A stretch of 36,127 nt of DNA from Catajapyx aquilonaris (lineage: Eukaryota). Each line of letters starts with the position of its first letter. The stretch's first letter is position 1. The DNA lies in assembly GCA_000934665.2 (NCBI GenBank), contig KZ539021.1, positions 1 to 36,127 on the forward strand. The letters run 5' to 3'. Below, in pieces: positions 1-11,600 of the stretch. The translations under genes were made by a program, and so were the position numbers. The notes beneath the pieces are model-generated. The model was given only the letters and a program-made list of their open reading frames with translations. It searched no databases and had not been told where the DNA came from.

Positions 1-174
1 GGTCGTCCGCGTCACTCACTCGATTTGTAAACAGTGGCAACAATGGAAGCGATCTCCATGGGCAGATGTTTGAATTGGCCCGCCGGACGGGGTTGCCAGG
101 TAACGGGCTACAATATAAGCAGCTTAGGCCGAATTTGTCAATAACTAAAACGACAAAAAAGTTTGATCACCCTG
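1..174. mobile_element. Right end of a Tc1/mariner-type MITE (truncated by window edge)
   Basis: Ends in CACCCTG+TA, the same terminus as elements at 17304 and 27101. Confidence 0.5.
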
Positions 175-223
175 TATAAGTCACAAGTCACAACCGCAAT
201 AGAACAGGAAGCACAACACATAC

Positions 224-312
224 CGTTACCTTGTTCTTAAATGCAGAGGCGAAGTTGGATGCAGGCATTTTGTCCATTGATGGATGGCCACTGTTGTACT
301 GCAAACCAGATG
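224..312 (-). CDS. fs(1)h: Long-isoform exon (PSGLQYNSGHPSMDKMPASNFASAFKNK[VT]); gene continues beyond window start
   Basis: ttttattccag acceptor; two in-frame donors after 230 (gtaacg) and 224 (gtatgt); phase 1-0. Confidence 0.8.
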
Positions 313-934
313 CTGGAATAAAAATTACACAAATGTCAAAAAGCAGTTTTGCAGGCGTTCACTACACTTGCACATGTATGCAAGTTACAGAACATACTTC
401 AATAATTAATTTCCTGTATCCTTCCACTAATTTGCAGAAGGCAGGGAAGATAATAACAAAGAATGGAAACTAACTCTCATGAGCAGCCAGTGAGATACAC
501 AACGGACGTCATCACCTCATCAGGGAAACACAAATTGTTTGATTTCACTCTCTCCATACAAATTCATTTCTTTTACCCACACACCTTTCTTAGAGTAATA
601 TAAACACAACAACAACAACAACATCACGACATTTCCCTATGAGTAGTAGTCAGCGATGAAGGGAGACGCAAGCTAACCCAACATATGAACTAATAAAACT
701 CATGAGAATAAACCTAAAAACAACCCGTCCCACCCCCCACCCTGCCCGCCTCAGACATCCCCTTATCCTCAGACATATAAACATAATGTTCAGAAAACCC
801 AGGCACAGGATATTGCAGGCAAAATGTTTTTAAAACAAAGTACTATTGGCAGAACATTATCTAAGGCACACTTTCAGTAGAAATGTATGCGACTGTGCCA
901 ATGATCGCATTGTGGCAATGGTACAATTCCTGAT

Positions 935-1089
935 GTAGGTATCAACAGTGCAAAAAGAACTTTCCCAGTCATCCTGACGTGTGGGCTGCCCGCTTGACAC
1001 ACACCATGTAAGTTACATGGTGTGTGTCGAGCGGGCAGCACACACGTCAGGATGACTGGGAAAGTTCTTTTTGGACTGATGGTACCTAC
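935..1089. repeat. Near-perfect inverted repeat / foldback (about 155 nt)
   Basis: 951-1073 is an almost perfect palindrome centred near 1012 and extends imperfectly to gtaggta/tacctac. Confidence 0.9.
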
Positions 1090-1375
1090 TTGGAACCATG
1101 CTGCATATCTGGATTTGTGCGTTATTGTAATAACATAACTTTGCCATGCACCACATATCCACTGGCACTGCATTGTAGGGCAGGCAGCCTATCAGGCTCT
1201 CAAGCCAATACCTTGAGCCAATAGTTTGTGAAGTCCTGACCCACCACATAACCTTTGTCTCTCACCCTACATCACAACCCAAGCACAATATCTGAGAAGT
1301 TTGCAGAGGCAGGGCTGCCGCAAGCTATCAGCATGCTTCCCCAATTTCCAACTATCCCACACTGCTGCTACTTAC

Positions 1376-2122
1376 GATCCATTTGTGCTTTGACCATCTG
1401 TGGAGGTGTTCCAGCTGGTGACTCCTTCTTGATCTGCACCATGAAAGGAGGCTGGACATGATTAACTACTGGCTGCTGCGGCAATGACACATGCGACTGC
1501 TGTTGCTGCACTGCTGGCGGTATCGCTGCTGCACCATTCAATGCTGATGATGGAGGTGCAGGGGACAAAGGTTCAGACTTGGCAATGGTGGGTTGCTGTG
1601 ATGGTGCTGTCGCCTGCATTGGAGATAATGACTGTGCCAATGTGATAGGTGGGATAGATTGGCTCATGAATGGCATCTGGTGCTGCTGCTGTTGTTGTTG
1701 ATGTTGCTGCTGCTGCTGGAGCTGTTGGTGCATTGCAGTCGGGGGGTCCATGATGTTCTGCATTATTGGTGCCATGCTGGGCATCAGGAGTTCAGAAAGA
1801 AGGGGCTCAGTCTTTGTGATCTGATGCCCCATCATAGGATTGGTGTTCATGACGGAGGAGGCAAGACTCATAGTTGCATGTGTCAGGGAGGTAGAGACCA
1901 GCATGGACGTCATGGTCGGGGGCATTGTTGAGGGCATGGAGCAAGGCATTGTTGAGGGCATGGAGGATGTCATGGATGAAACCATGGTAGTAACAGGTGC
2001 TGCTGGCATTGCAGGAACCATTGTAGAAGCTACAATAGGAGGAACAGGAAGAGTGGTTGTAGGTGTGGGTGGGATGGCAGTGACAGGTAAAATTGGATGG
2101 TCATCTATGCTTGGAACTGGTT
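1376..2122 (-). CDS. fs(1)h: Long-isoform exon, P/M/S/Q-rich disordered region with polyQ
   Basis: cttgcag acceptor, C|gtaagt donor; 747 nt, phase 1-1; within ORF 1368-2147. Confidence 0.85.
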
Positions 2123-2544
2123 CTGCAAGTATAAGACATGCCATCACATAACTTGCTCAACAAATAATCATGAGTGATGCTAAAATTCGAGAAAGCCACT
2201 GTTACCAAACAAATAATCTGGAGGTATAATTGAACTCCCTCTCTTGAAGAAGGGGGTGTATGTCGTGAAATTGCTGAAATTGAACTAGCCAGTGGAAAAG
2301 TCAGTATCCCTTCCGCTCCATTGAATGATACCACCAGGGTCTGTCTGTGGCAATTTCGCTCATCACAGCAGAGCTCGAATGGTAGCTTGTTCCATAAGAA
2401 GGTTGGTTATTACATCCTTTTTTTTTTTTTTCTCCAAACTTCACTTTCGTTACATACACCCTTCTTCTTCTTCTTCTTCTTGACATAACTATATTTTCCA
2501 TACATGCATGTCACAGCAGATAATCTACATATTTTTGTTACATA

Positions 2545-3438
2545 CGTGGTGTGTCTGAAAAGTTCGGTGAATGTTACAATAAAAGCAACAAAACAGATAA
2601 TACGATTACCTTTTTATTGGCCTTCAATGTGTTCTCCATCAGACGCAACATACTTTTTTTAAATGTTTGTAAAGCTTCTGAAGCGAGTTTTTAAAAAAAT
2701 TATCTTTGGACACCATCCAGATCTGTTGTCACATGGGCCCAAACCTCCATGACGTCCACAAAATGTGATCCCTTCATGAATCCTTTAAGGCTCACTCGTC
2801 AGTGTGGTATCCAAGGGGGTAGTCACTCCTCAAAAAAGTGTACAACAGCTCTCTTGAGTTGCGGCTCTCTGCGGCTCTCTTTGGCTCTCCCCCGGCTCAC
2901 CAGCAGGCTCACCCATGGTCTTATGGGCTCACCTATGCCTCGGAGAGCCACAAGAGCCACAAAGAGCCTCGGAGAGCTGCAGAGAACCTGAGCCACAGAG
3001 AACCTCAGAGAGCCAACTACGTCACAACCAGCGGGTTGATGATATGACGTCAATATGACGTAGTTTTCCCTCGGCTCTCCGCAGCTCTCCTCGGCTCACC
3101 AGTGAGGGTGTACACCGGCTCTCCGAAGTGACTACCCCCTTGGTGGTATCACTGTTTTGGATCACCCACTGTACTCCCCGACCTTTCCCCTTTATTTTTG
3201 TTTCATTGCCTTAATGAAGGGATCATGCTTTGCAGATGTTCAGGCCCGTGTGACAACAGCTCTGGAGGGGGGTCCAAATACAAATTTTTCTATCTGTATT
3301 CAGAAGCTTTACGAATGATTTAGATAGTGTGTTGTCTCTGATGGAGAGCACTTGGAAGTCCAACAAAGGTCAATCCTATGTACTTTCTGCTTTGTTGCTT
3401 TTATTGTAACATTCACCAAACATTTCAGACACCCCACG
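2545..3438. mobile_element. Decayed non-autonomous mariner element
   Basis: TA-flanked TIRs CGTGGTGTGTCTGAAAAGTTCGGTGAA / TTCACCAAACATTTCAGACACCCCACG; frameshifted HPLYSP(D)LSP transposase remnant at about 3160-3192. Confidence 0.75.
2812..3142. mobile_element. Nested MITE with 8-bp TSD (hAT- or P-like)
   Basis: TIR CAAGGGGGTAGTCACT; perfect TSD GTGGTATC at 2804-2811 and 3143-3150; internal GGCTC/GAGCC subrepeats. Confidence 0.85.
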
Positions 3439-3704
3439 TATAACAACCTTATTCTGTACAAATAATTTCTGTAAAACATCTCCACTCCATTCCCATACAA
3501 AACATTGCTGAGCTTCAATAAAAGGCATCTTCACAGCAATCAATGACACTGTGCAGGATTTGGCATCAGCAACTTATTGACCAGAATTAACTGTGTGTGA
3601 AGTCCTTCAAGTTGTAATCAAATGCCCACTGACCTCCCAAGCATTTTCCCCAAACCTCACATATACTTGCCTGTCAAATATTAAATCAACTACTTCTGAT
3701 TTAA

Positions 3705-4210
3705 GGGGGCGCATGAGTAAAAATACGGTAGGCGCATTTTTGAGGGAATTATATTTTTTGTGGCGAAACGGACGGTTAATCGGAAAAATCACGCCGAAGG
3801 TGCCCTGCGGAAAGGTTTGGCCTATACTATGGTACCATACTCGATATGATTGCATTAAAATTGTGGACATACGGGCGCCGAAGCGTTCCCGAATTTGTCG
3901 CGTTCCTGCCGCCATGTTATTCAAATGGGCTTTTCGGGAACTCCATTTTCCTTTCACTTCAACTCGATGAAAAGGTCACTTCTAGGCCGAAAATGGGAAA
4001 ATGACGCCGAAGGTGCCCTGCGCCAGATCATGTCCTATTTTTTGGTGTAATTTTTGTGTCCATTGCTCCATTTTTGTGGCCGTAAGGCCGCCGAAGCGTG
4101 GACATGTCGAATCCCCATATGCTGTCCATGCAAACGCGGTTTGTTTACGTAGTCGCCAAGGGCTCGCATTGTTACCGATTGTTACCGTATTTTTTTACTA
4201 ATGCGCCCCC
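3705..4210. mobile_element. TTAA-flanked MITE (Kolobok- or PIF-like)
   Basis: TIR GGGGGCGCAT(G/T)AGTAAAAA(AA)TACGGTA with TTAA on both sides; internal direct repeat (about 3783-3900 vs 3994-4100). Confidence 0.8.
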
Positions 4211-4442
4211 TTAAATAATTAAATTGTTAATAACAGCACAGGTTAGGGGGGATATTGTGCCTGCACGCGTTTCAGAATTTGTACTGGAGTTGGAATGCAC
4301 CTTATTTTTGCCTACACCCAGCTTGTATTCAGCAGTTACACAAGGTCACCAGATTATCAACTTACAACAACCCATAACATGATTCACTTAATATGGGTGC
4401 AAGCTTGGTCTTTCAAATACAAAACACGTTCTCTTAACTGAC

Positions 4443-4749
4443 CTTTCTTGACCTGAGGTGAAGGAGGTGTGGGCGTGGGAGTCTTCTTGGCTGCAATGGC
4501 AGTGTTGGTGGGCCTGGCAGGCTGCTGCGGCAGGGAGTGACTTGCAACCACTGATGGCTTGGGAGGTGCCAACAACTCTGACTGTTGCTTTATGCTGATC
4601 GTGTTCTGCTTCGTGGTGATAATCTTCTTGCTGCCTATACCTGACTGTGGTAGCCCAGCCTGGCCATTGTTGGCCCCAATTGGTACACCAGATGCAGCAC
4701 CCGTCATGGGCATGTTATTGATAGGAATGTTGCTGTTCACCACTTGAGG
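4443..4749 (-). CDS. fs(1)h: Long-isoform exon (PQVVNSNIPINN...HSLPQQPARPTNTAIAAKK...QVKK)
   Basis: Open 307 nt, phase 0-1; atgtag acceptor, gtcagt donor; low-complexity P/S/T. Confidence 0.8.
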
Positions 4750-4842
4750 CTACATGTTGCAGGGTCGGGAGGAAAAAGACATGTTCTTGGGATTCAGTCT
4801 GTTTTGGGTGATTTCTCCCTCCCAGAAATGCCAATCCTTTAC

Positions 4843-4898
4843 CTTTTGAAGACTAGACAGCATGCCTTTTTTTGTTTTGGCCTTCTTCCTTGCTGGTC
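4843..4898 (-). CDS. fs(1)h: Long-isoform exon (GPARKKAKTKKGMLSSLQK)
   Basis: ctttacag acceptor, AAG|gtaaag donor; phase 1-0 matches the 8542 donor; basic NLS-like peptide. Confidence 0.75.
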
Positions 4899-5321
4899 CT
4901 GTAAAGCGGGAGGTGTCGAGACGCATTCATAAATAAATAGATTTAAAAAAAGGTTCCTCAGAAAGGCAGACTTTGGCTTTAACCCTCCCTTTTGAGGGAA
5001 CTTCTAACTACGAGTGACAAAAATATGTTATTCATTCAACCAGAGAATGGTAGTGATGTCACAAGCCTTTAATTCTTAGTTTCAATGTTGGCCTTGTTGC
5101 CCATTGTGACATCACTGCTATTCTATGGCTGCATCAATAATATATATCCCAAAATATCGCTAGATGGGAAATATCTCCGCAGAAGAAAAAGCCTCGTCCT
5201 GATGCGTTTTATCATACAATAAGAAAGAGCCAAAAAAATTACTTTGGAGTGCAGAATGCGGTTGGGGTGCACCATGAAAAAGAGAGACGCACTTCAGATT
5301 CATCACATTCTAGTTTACTAT

Positions 5322-5327
5322 TTTATT
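5322..5327 (-). terminator. Candidate polyadenylation signal of the short isoform
   Basis: AATAAA on minus strand followed by GU/U-rich sequence; last such hexamer I noticed at the end of the UTR-like stretch. Others at about 5781 and 6401. Confidence 0.4.
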
Positions 5328-8300
5328 TAAATCTTTCATTGTAATGTATACAACATTTTTTATCCTTATTGTAACTTTTTTTTTCTGACAAAACAATGAC
5401 AGAAAAAACACATAAAAATTTCGCCAACACACAATATGTACAAATCGAGTCATGAAAAATGCTGGGGCTACAAAGACACCTTTTTTCCTTTTTCTTGCGC
5501 ACCTAAATTTGAATATTCACCACGTTCTTAGTTTCATACCTTTCACAGGGTAGGTAGGCATACATGACTTATCCTTTTCCTCTCTTACAACTGGTAAGCA
5601 AATGCTGTGAAATTCTTATTGCTACGTCAGACTTGCAAAGCCATCACCTGAGTGAAGTTGCAAGCAACGTTCACTTGCATTCATGCAAGTTCCACATGGG
5701 GCTAGCAAAAAAAAATCCCAACCTACTGAACCAGATGGTTCAGAAACTATTTAAAAACTTAACACTGCTTCTCCCTCCCATTTATTCAGTGTACCCAAAT
5801 GAAAAAAAAGGAAAGCACAAATGCTTATTGGCCATGAATATACACACACAAGCTACAACCTACTGTCTTTAAAAGTTGCATTTTGAGTGTTAAGTACCAC
5901 GAGATTTAAAGCTGGCAAAGAAAACTGGCATGATATCCTCCAAAAGTGCTTACACTACTGAAGTTTACATTAAAAAAAAAAAAAGGAGGGATGCAGCCCA
6001 CGTAAATCTGTTCTTCCACAAAATCCATACTAGTACAGCGCTAATGCCCATAACCTGCAATTCCTAAGCCTCTCCCCCTCCCCTCCTGCTTCCAAACCTA
6101 CCTTCTAATACAAAAATACAGCTGATTGGAGGGTCGAGAGAAAATGAAACAGGCCTTAATTAATAAGGTTAACAAAACATCGGGATGGAGGAGCAAATGA
6201 CAAGGGCCCAATCACTTGGCGCTCAAAAGTAACATTGATGGTAAGGAATTAATAAAGGGGGGAAAAAAGGTTGAGTAACCTTGCGCCCACCATCACACTG
6301 GTGTGGGAGAAAAATATAAGTTGAAGCATCCCCTTGATGACCTTTTGTTCATTTGGAAATAGCCTAAACAACCAGTATATGCTGTATTTTTTAAATATTT
6401 TTATTTCGTTTTTAAGTTTTCGATGCCATGGAGTGCAAACAATGTGTTGGAGGCCAGCTAGCTGGAAGAAGGTGGTCCAGGAGTTGGTGCAGATTATTTT
6501 TTTTCCGTTCATTATTTTCAAAAATAGAGACGTTATTTTTGGCCTACTTGCAGCATATTCATCTCAAGGATTGAAAGAAGAAACAAGTCTGAGAGGAATG
6601 TAAGCAAAAGTTTGCTATCAAAATGGTGGGAGGGAGATTGCAATAACACTCTTAATCCGGATGCCATGTAACAAGTCCAGCCACCACTCACATTGTCTGC
6701 ATTTAAAAGTTTGAAAAATAATATCGGGCCTTTTGGAGCATGGATATCCTAGGAACAAAGGTATGGGTTGCCATCAATCTGCTTGACTTCTGGAGGCCAT
6801 CATAACCCCCATCAGCCACATAATGCTCGCATATGTGTATGTGTGTGTGCATGTACAGTGTGTGTGTGTGCTGGCCAGCGTCATCCGCACCTTCTGCGTA
6901 CACGAATACAACACCCAGAACTCCCCCAGTTCAACACTTGGAACTATTCTTATAAGAAAATAAGAACAATTTTGTTTCTGTATTAGTGCTCCAGCATTTT
7001 CCAACTCAGGGTAATCCCCATCCCATCTTTTATCAAAATGCATAGCTTCCATTTCACCTTTCTGCTTTGCTGGCTGACCCCAAGCAACATTCTGCACTCT
7101 TGGCTTACACCAAACACCTCATTTTATAAATATAGGTATATTTTTGTAGGTTTTCTTACTCTTTGTATACACACACAGGAAAATTTGTGAACCAGGACAC
7201 GAGGCGATTTCATCCCTCAATTTCCTACCGTTTGATGTTTATGTTACCTTGCAAAACAGCACATGAGGAAATAACACTACCAAGGAATCACTGGTCAAAA
7301 AGAATCAGTATTATAATTACTACTTAAAAGGCAGTCTTGATACTTGAGAACGTGGTACCAATTTTATCATCTGACACTTTTTCTGCCTCGCTGCGATGTA
7401 CAAATGAAAGGAGAAAAGTTGAGAACTGAATAGAGGCTATTTCTTAAGAGCAGATGCTCTTTCCATAAAATAAGCCCCCTCATTACTGACTGAATTTTCC
7501 TGCAGCCATGTTGTCAGCACACAACTTCTCTTCCAGTCATGCATTCTTTGCGAAATTACCAAGACCACTAGACATAGGAACATGCTTATGTCCTTGGTCA
7601 CAAAATGCGGGCTGCACACTGGCTTCTAAACTCAGGTAACAAAACAGATATATTTATAATATTGTTCTTTGCACTCAAACAACACAAAATAAGAAAAACC
7701 CCAGCATTCCACACATTTGCCATTGCGGAGGAAAACGAAAGATCGTTTCTTGCATGATATGACTCGGGTCCATGTCATGGACCAAATAAATATAATGTTC
7801 TTATTTCTCTCCTAAATGATAATAATCAGCATTCCTGACTTGATCTTCTCACTCGCATGATCTTTTCCTCATAAATAGCTTTCCATTTATCACTCTTTTT
7901 CTCGTTTAATCCAAATAACTAATGCTTCTCTCCTACGCTACATAATTCATACTGAGTCCTAATCTTTAATTTAATAAAAAAAAAAAAAACACGAGCCATC
8001 TCACCAATGACTCATTTGAGGATAGAAAGTTAAGGAGTGGGGCAAGGTACACAGGTCTAAGAAGGTAGGGGTAAGTCAAATAGTGTTGAATTATACAGAA
8101 AAGTAACAAAGAGATGCATGATTGGATGAGGTGGGGAAGGGGGTATCTGTTCCTTTGAGGCTCACGTCTTTCTGATGAACCCAAAACAACAGCACTTTGT
8201 ACATAAACTACGCCTCCTCCTCTTACTCCACAATATACCAAAAAAAAGTACTAAGCCTGCCTTGATGCAATGAACACAATAAATTGGTCAGCACTACAGT

Positions 8301-8536
8301 GTCACGAGATATTTTACAGTTCAACATGTCCATCACATGTTCCATGGGTGAGGAATCGGTGGGGGAGGAAAGGAAATGAAAAACTGAGAAATGATGGACT
8401 TGTAAAAAATATTAAAAGCAACGATCATGATGATGTTGGGAAAGGTGTGGTGGGTTGCATGGGAAAAATGAGTTGGTGGAGGAAGGGCAGGAAAACGAGG
8501 GAAAAAGTGTAAAAACGTAAGGCAGTTGGCAGCAGC

Positions 8537-8673
8537 CTAACCTGCTTCCGAGTCACTGGAGTCTGATGAACTTGAGCTGGAGCTGGAACTGCTGGAATCT
8601 GAGTCCGAACTACTTGAGCTCGAGGCGGAGAGGCGAGATGGTCCCCCAACAACATCCACAGACTTGCTTTCTT
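8537..8673 (-). CDS. fs(1)h: Exon: SEED domain; ends DSEAG-stop (short form) or splices at 8542 (long form)
   Basis: [41 protein letters not shown] is both a donor and Gly-stop. Confidence 0.93.
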
Positions 8674-11600
8674 CTACATTCATGAGGTTTGAGTGGTAAC
8701 CAATGGTAAAATAAGAAAGGAAAAAGGTAACAGGACAAAGTGGGGGTAGAGGCAGGTAAAGAAAAATATTAGAACAATGCAAATTTATGCTAACACAAAT
8801 GCTGACCATTGCAACATATTTGACAAAATATTACGCAATGATATCAATTTACTGTGCAATAATTCTGCATGAGCAAGTTTTGAAGTTACTGCAAATAAGT
8901 TATGCCCCAACTGGACCAGAAATATATGTAACTTACCAAAGTTTCCTAACAATCACACATATGATACTGTTAAAAGTCATATTCATTTGTTCAAGCTAAT
9001 AAACCACCCGTAGTTTGTACTTGTACACAGCTGAAAGTAGCAGTACATAGAAAATTTTCCAGTGTGGACGGGTCGCCCATGACAGAAATATTTTCTAGGA
9101 ACTGCTCCTTTGTCCAGCCGTGTACCTTGTTAAGACAGGTACGCACATTCTGCATGCCCTTTCCAAAATGGGCAGAAGTTAGTAAAATATTAATCAATGG
9201 CTGCTTTACCTTTTTTGGGCGTCTTCTTAGCTGTACCAAGCTGCCCCGTCACATCTTGTAGCCTCTTCTCCAATTCCTGCTTCTTCTCAGCCATCTGCTC
9301 GTCCTTTGATTTGCCTGCTGCTTTCTTGTCTAAAGGTGAGAAGATATTACACACATAATCCACATAAATCCTGAAAACATCAAGAGCAATCTAGGTGACT
9401 TACAGTAAGGCTTCCGTGGCTTCTTCCGTAAACATGATGCTACGTAAGACTCCAGCTCCCTTAGCGTGGAGGGTTTAAGGGTCTCAAAGTCAATCTCAAT
9501 CTCATCTGGGTTAGAATCCCTTAGCGATGGCTCTCTTGATTGAATTATATGCACTACCCTCCCCAGTTTATCACCTGCAATAAAAAGGTTCCCAGCATTC
9601 ATTAACACAATTTAATATGCCACAATTTCAATTATTTTGATCATCTTGAATAGTGACCAACTTCTCACTGCAGCATACGAATGCATCCCACATACCAGGT
9701 AATTTGTTAATGTCCAGGCTAAGCTGCCGTTTCTCATCATAAGACATAGGTTTGGCATTGTCCTCATCCTCTGAATCCACAACAGCTGGGGTAGCCACAC
9801 TCTTCTTCTTGCTCCTTGACCCAGACGTCTTCGGCCTTTTGGGTTGGGAGCCTGGTGGTTTTGATGATTTAGGTGCTTTGTTTTTCTGAGCCTTGGCGTT
9901 GCCAACTCCAGGTTTCACCTCTCCACCAGGGGCAGCCCCTGGACCACCCACAGATCCTCCAGCACCTCCACCTGATCCACCTCCCCCTAGTGTGGGCTTG
10001 GTGGCAGTAGCTACACTGTTAGAAGCCACTGAGGCGCTAGAAAGGGGGCCGGCAGGGAAGGCATCATTCACTGCAGGTTTCACTTCCTTCTCCTCTTTCT
10101 TGTCCTTCTTCGTCTTCACCTTCTTGTCCTTATCCTTTTTCTTCTTGCCTTTCTTATTCTCCTCCACCAACATCTTCATCTGCTCCTGGACTTGTTTCAA
10201 CTGTATGAGAAAAGAGCAAGTTACACCACAACAGAAGGCGGCTCATATCAAGTACATTTCATGATGCAATAAAGACTGACTGATGAAGTAGCTTCAATGT
10301 GTGAATAATTTCAGAAAGGAGCGTAGTTTCATTAATTTCCAACAAGTCATCCATGAGAATCAAACAAAAATTAAGCATGGTATCTAGGGTCCATTCAAGG
10401 CAGATTTTTACATTACAACAATTCACCTTTTGAAGTTTGACACTTGAAATGCATACACAAAAGTGGCCACCGGCCTGAAAATTATTGTCCTCATCTTAAA
10501 GGATACAAGGAACTTTTACCTCGTGCATAAGAATTCTTCCCCTCCTTACGTGAATACTGACACACCCATTTAAGGGTATAAACATACGAAACAACCATGG
10601 CAACGCCACCACATGATATTTGGTCGCGACACCAAGCGCACTGCCACCACCACGTGTGAAAGGCTACACCATGGTCTTGGAATAGTGAGGTCTGAACACT
10701 CCCCATCTTATCGCCTTAGGGGCCTAACAGGATGTTTTGCGACAGGTGGCCGCTTGATAGCGCTTTTCAGGGCTTCACAAGACTGTGCAACCCTACCGGA
10801 CTGTTCTGAACTTATAGGTAGAAGAGAAGCTACCTATAAGTTCAGAACAGGCCGGTAGGGTCGCACATGTCTGTGAAGCCCTGAAAAGCGTTATCAAGCG
10901 GCCACCTGCCGCAAAACACACTCCGTGTCAAGCCCCGTAAGGCGATAAGAGGGAAGAGACAAGACCTCACTATTCTTAGACCGTGGGCTACACTTGCAGC
11001 AATGCAAAGACGTGGGCATGTCCCAAGAGCACGCCTAAGAGTAATGCGAGGCTGTTGCAAGATTCTAATATCTCTTAATATCATACCCTCTGAAAAAGCC
11101 CAAGCTCCTTCCATCTAGTGCAAGTTGTAGGAAGGGTTCTGAGCCATGAAAGGTACAAATATGACAGGTTTTACTCCTTTAACTTACTTCCTGTCCCCTT
11201 TTCCCAAACCTGTCGGCCAGAAAGCCCATCCCTTGTGCAAGATTTTTTGCCAGGTCAATGTCAAGGCGTGGGCTGATAATTCTTGGATTCATGCATCCTG
11301 AATCTATTCATAGTGGTCAGTGTAAAATTGATGCATCTTTGTCTGCTCAGAATGATCAGGGTGCTCAACGCATGGGCCATAAAACATGGCTACACAGTGA
11401 AACAGTCCCAGTCTTCTGAGCAGGTTCAGACGACGCGCATGATAGCATCATCCCACTACAACATGCTCCAAATTTATAGGCAATCACGTCGTGCTGAGCA
11501 ACAGAAAATTAATTTAAAATCTCATCCTACATAACTAACCTGCTCCTGCAACTGCAACAGTTTTCTCTCCCGGTCTTCCTCCGAATCATCAGTTTCAGAT

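Noticed and set aside
1659..2151. Plus-strand ORFs (likewise 9893-10264, 16235-16745)
   Set aside because: Antisense shadows of low-complexity BET exons
4918..5215. Old MITE with internal inverted repeat (about 5030-5140)
   Set aside because: Termini and TSD too degraded to define
8985..9180. Possible H/ACA snoRNA (short hairpins, terminal ACA)
   Set aside because: Could not place a convincing H box and two-hairpin geometry
10275..10320. Hammerhead ribozyme or C/D box (CTGATGA...GAAA)
   Set aside because: Required flanking helices absent, and it is on the non-host strand
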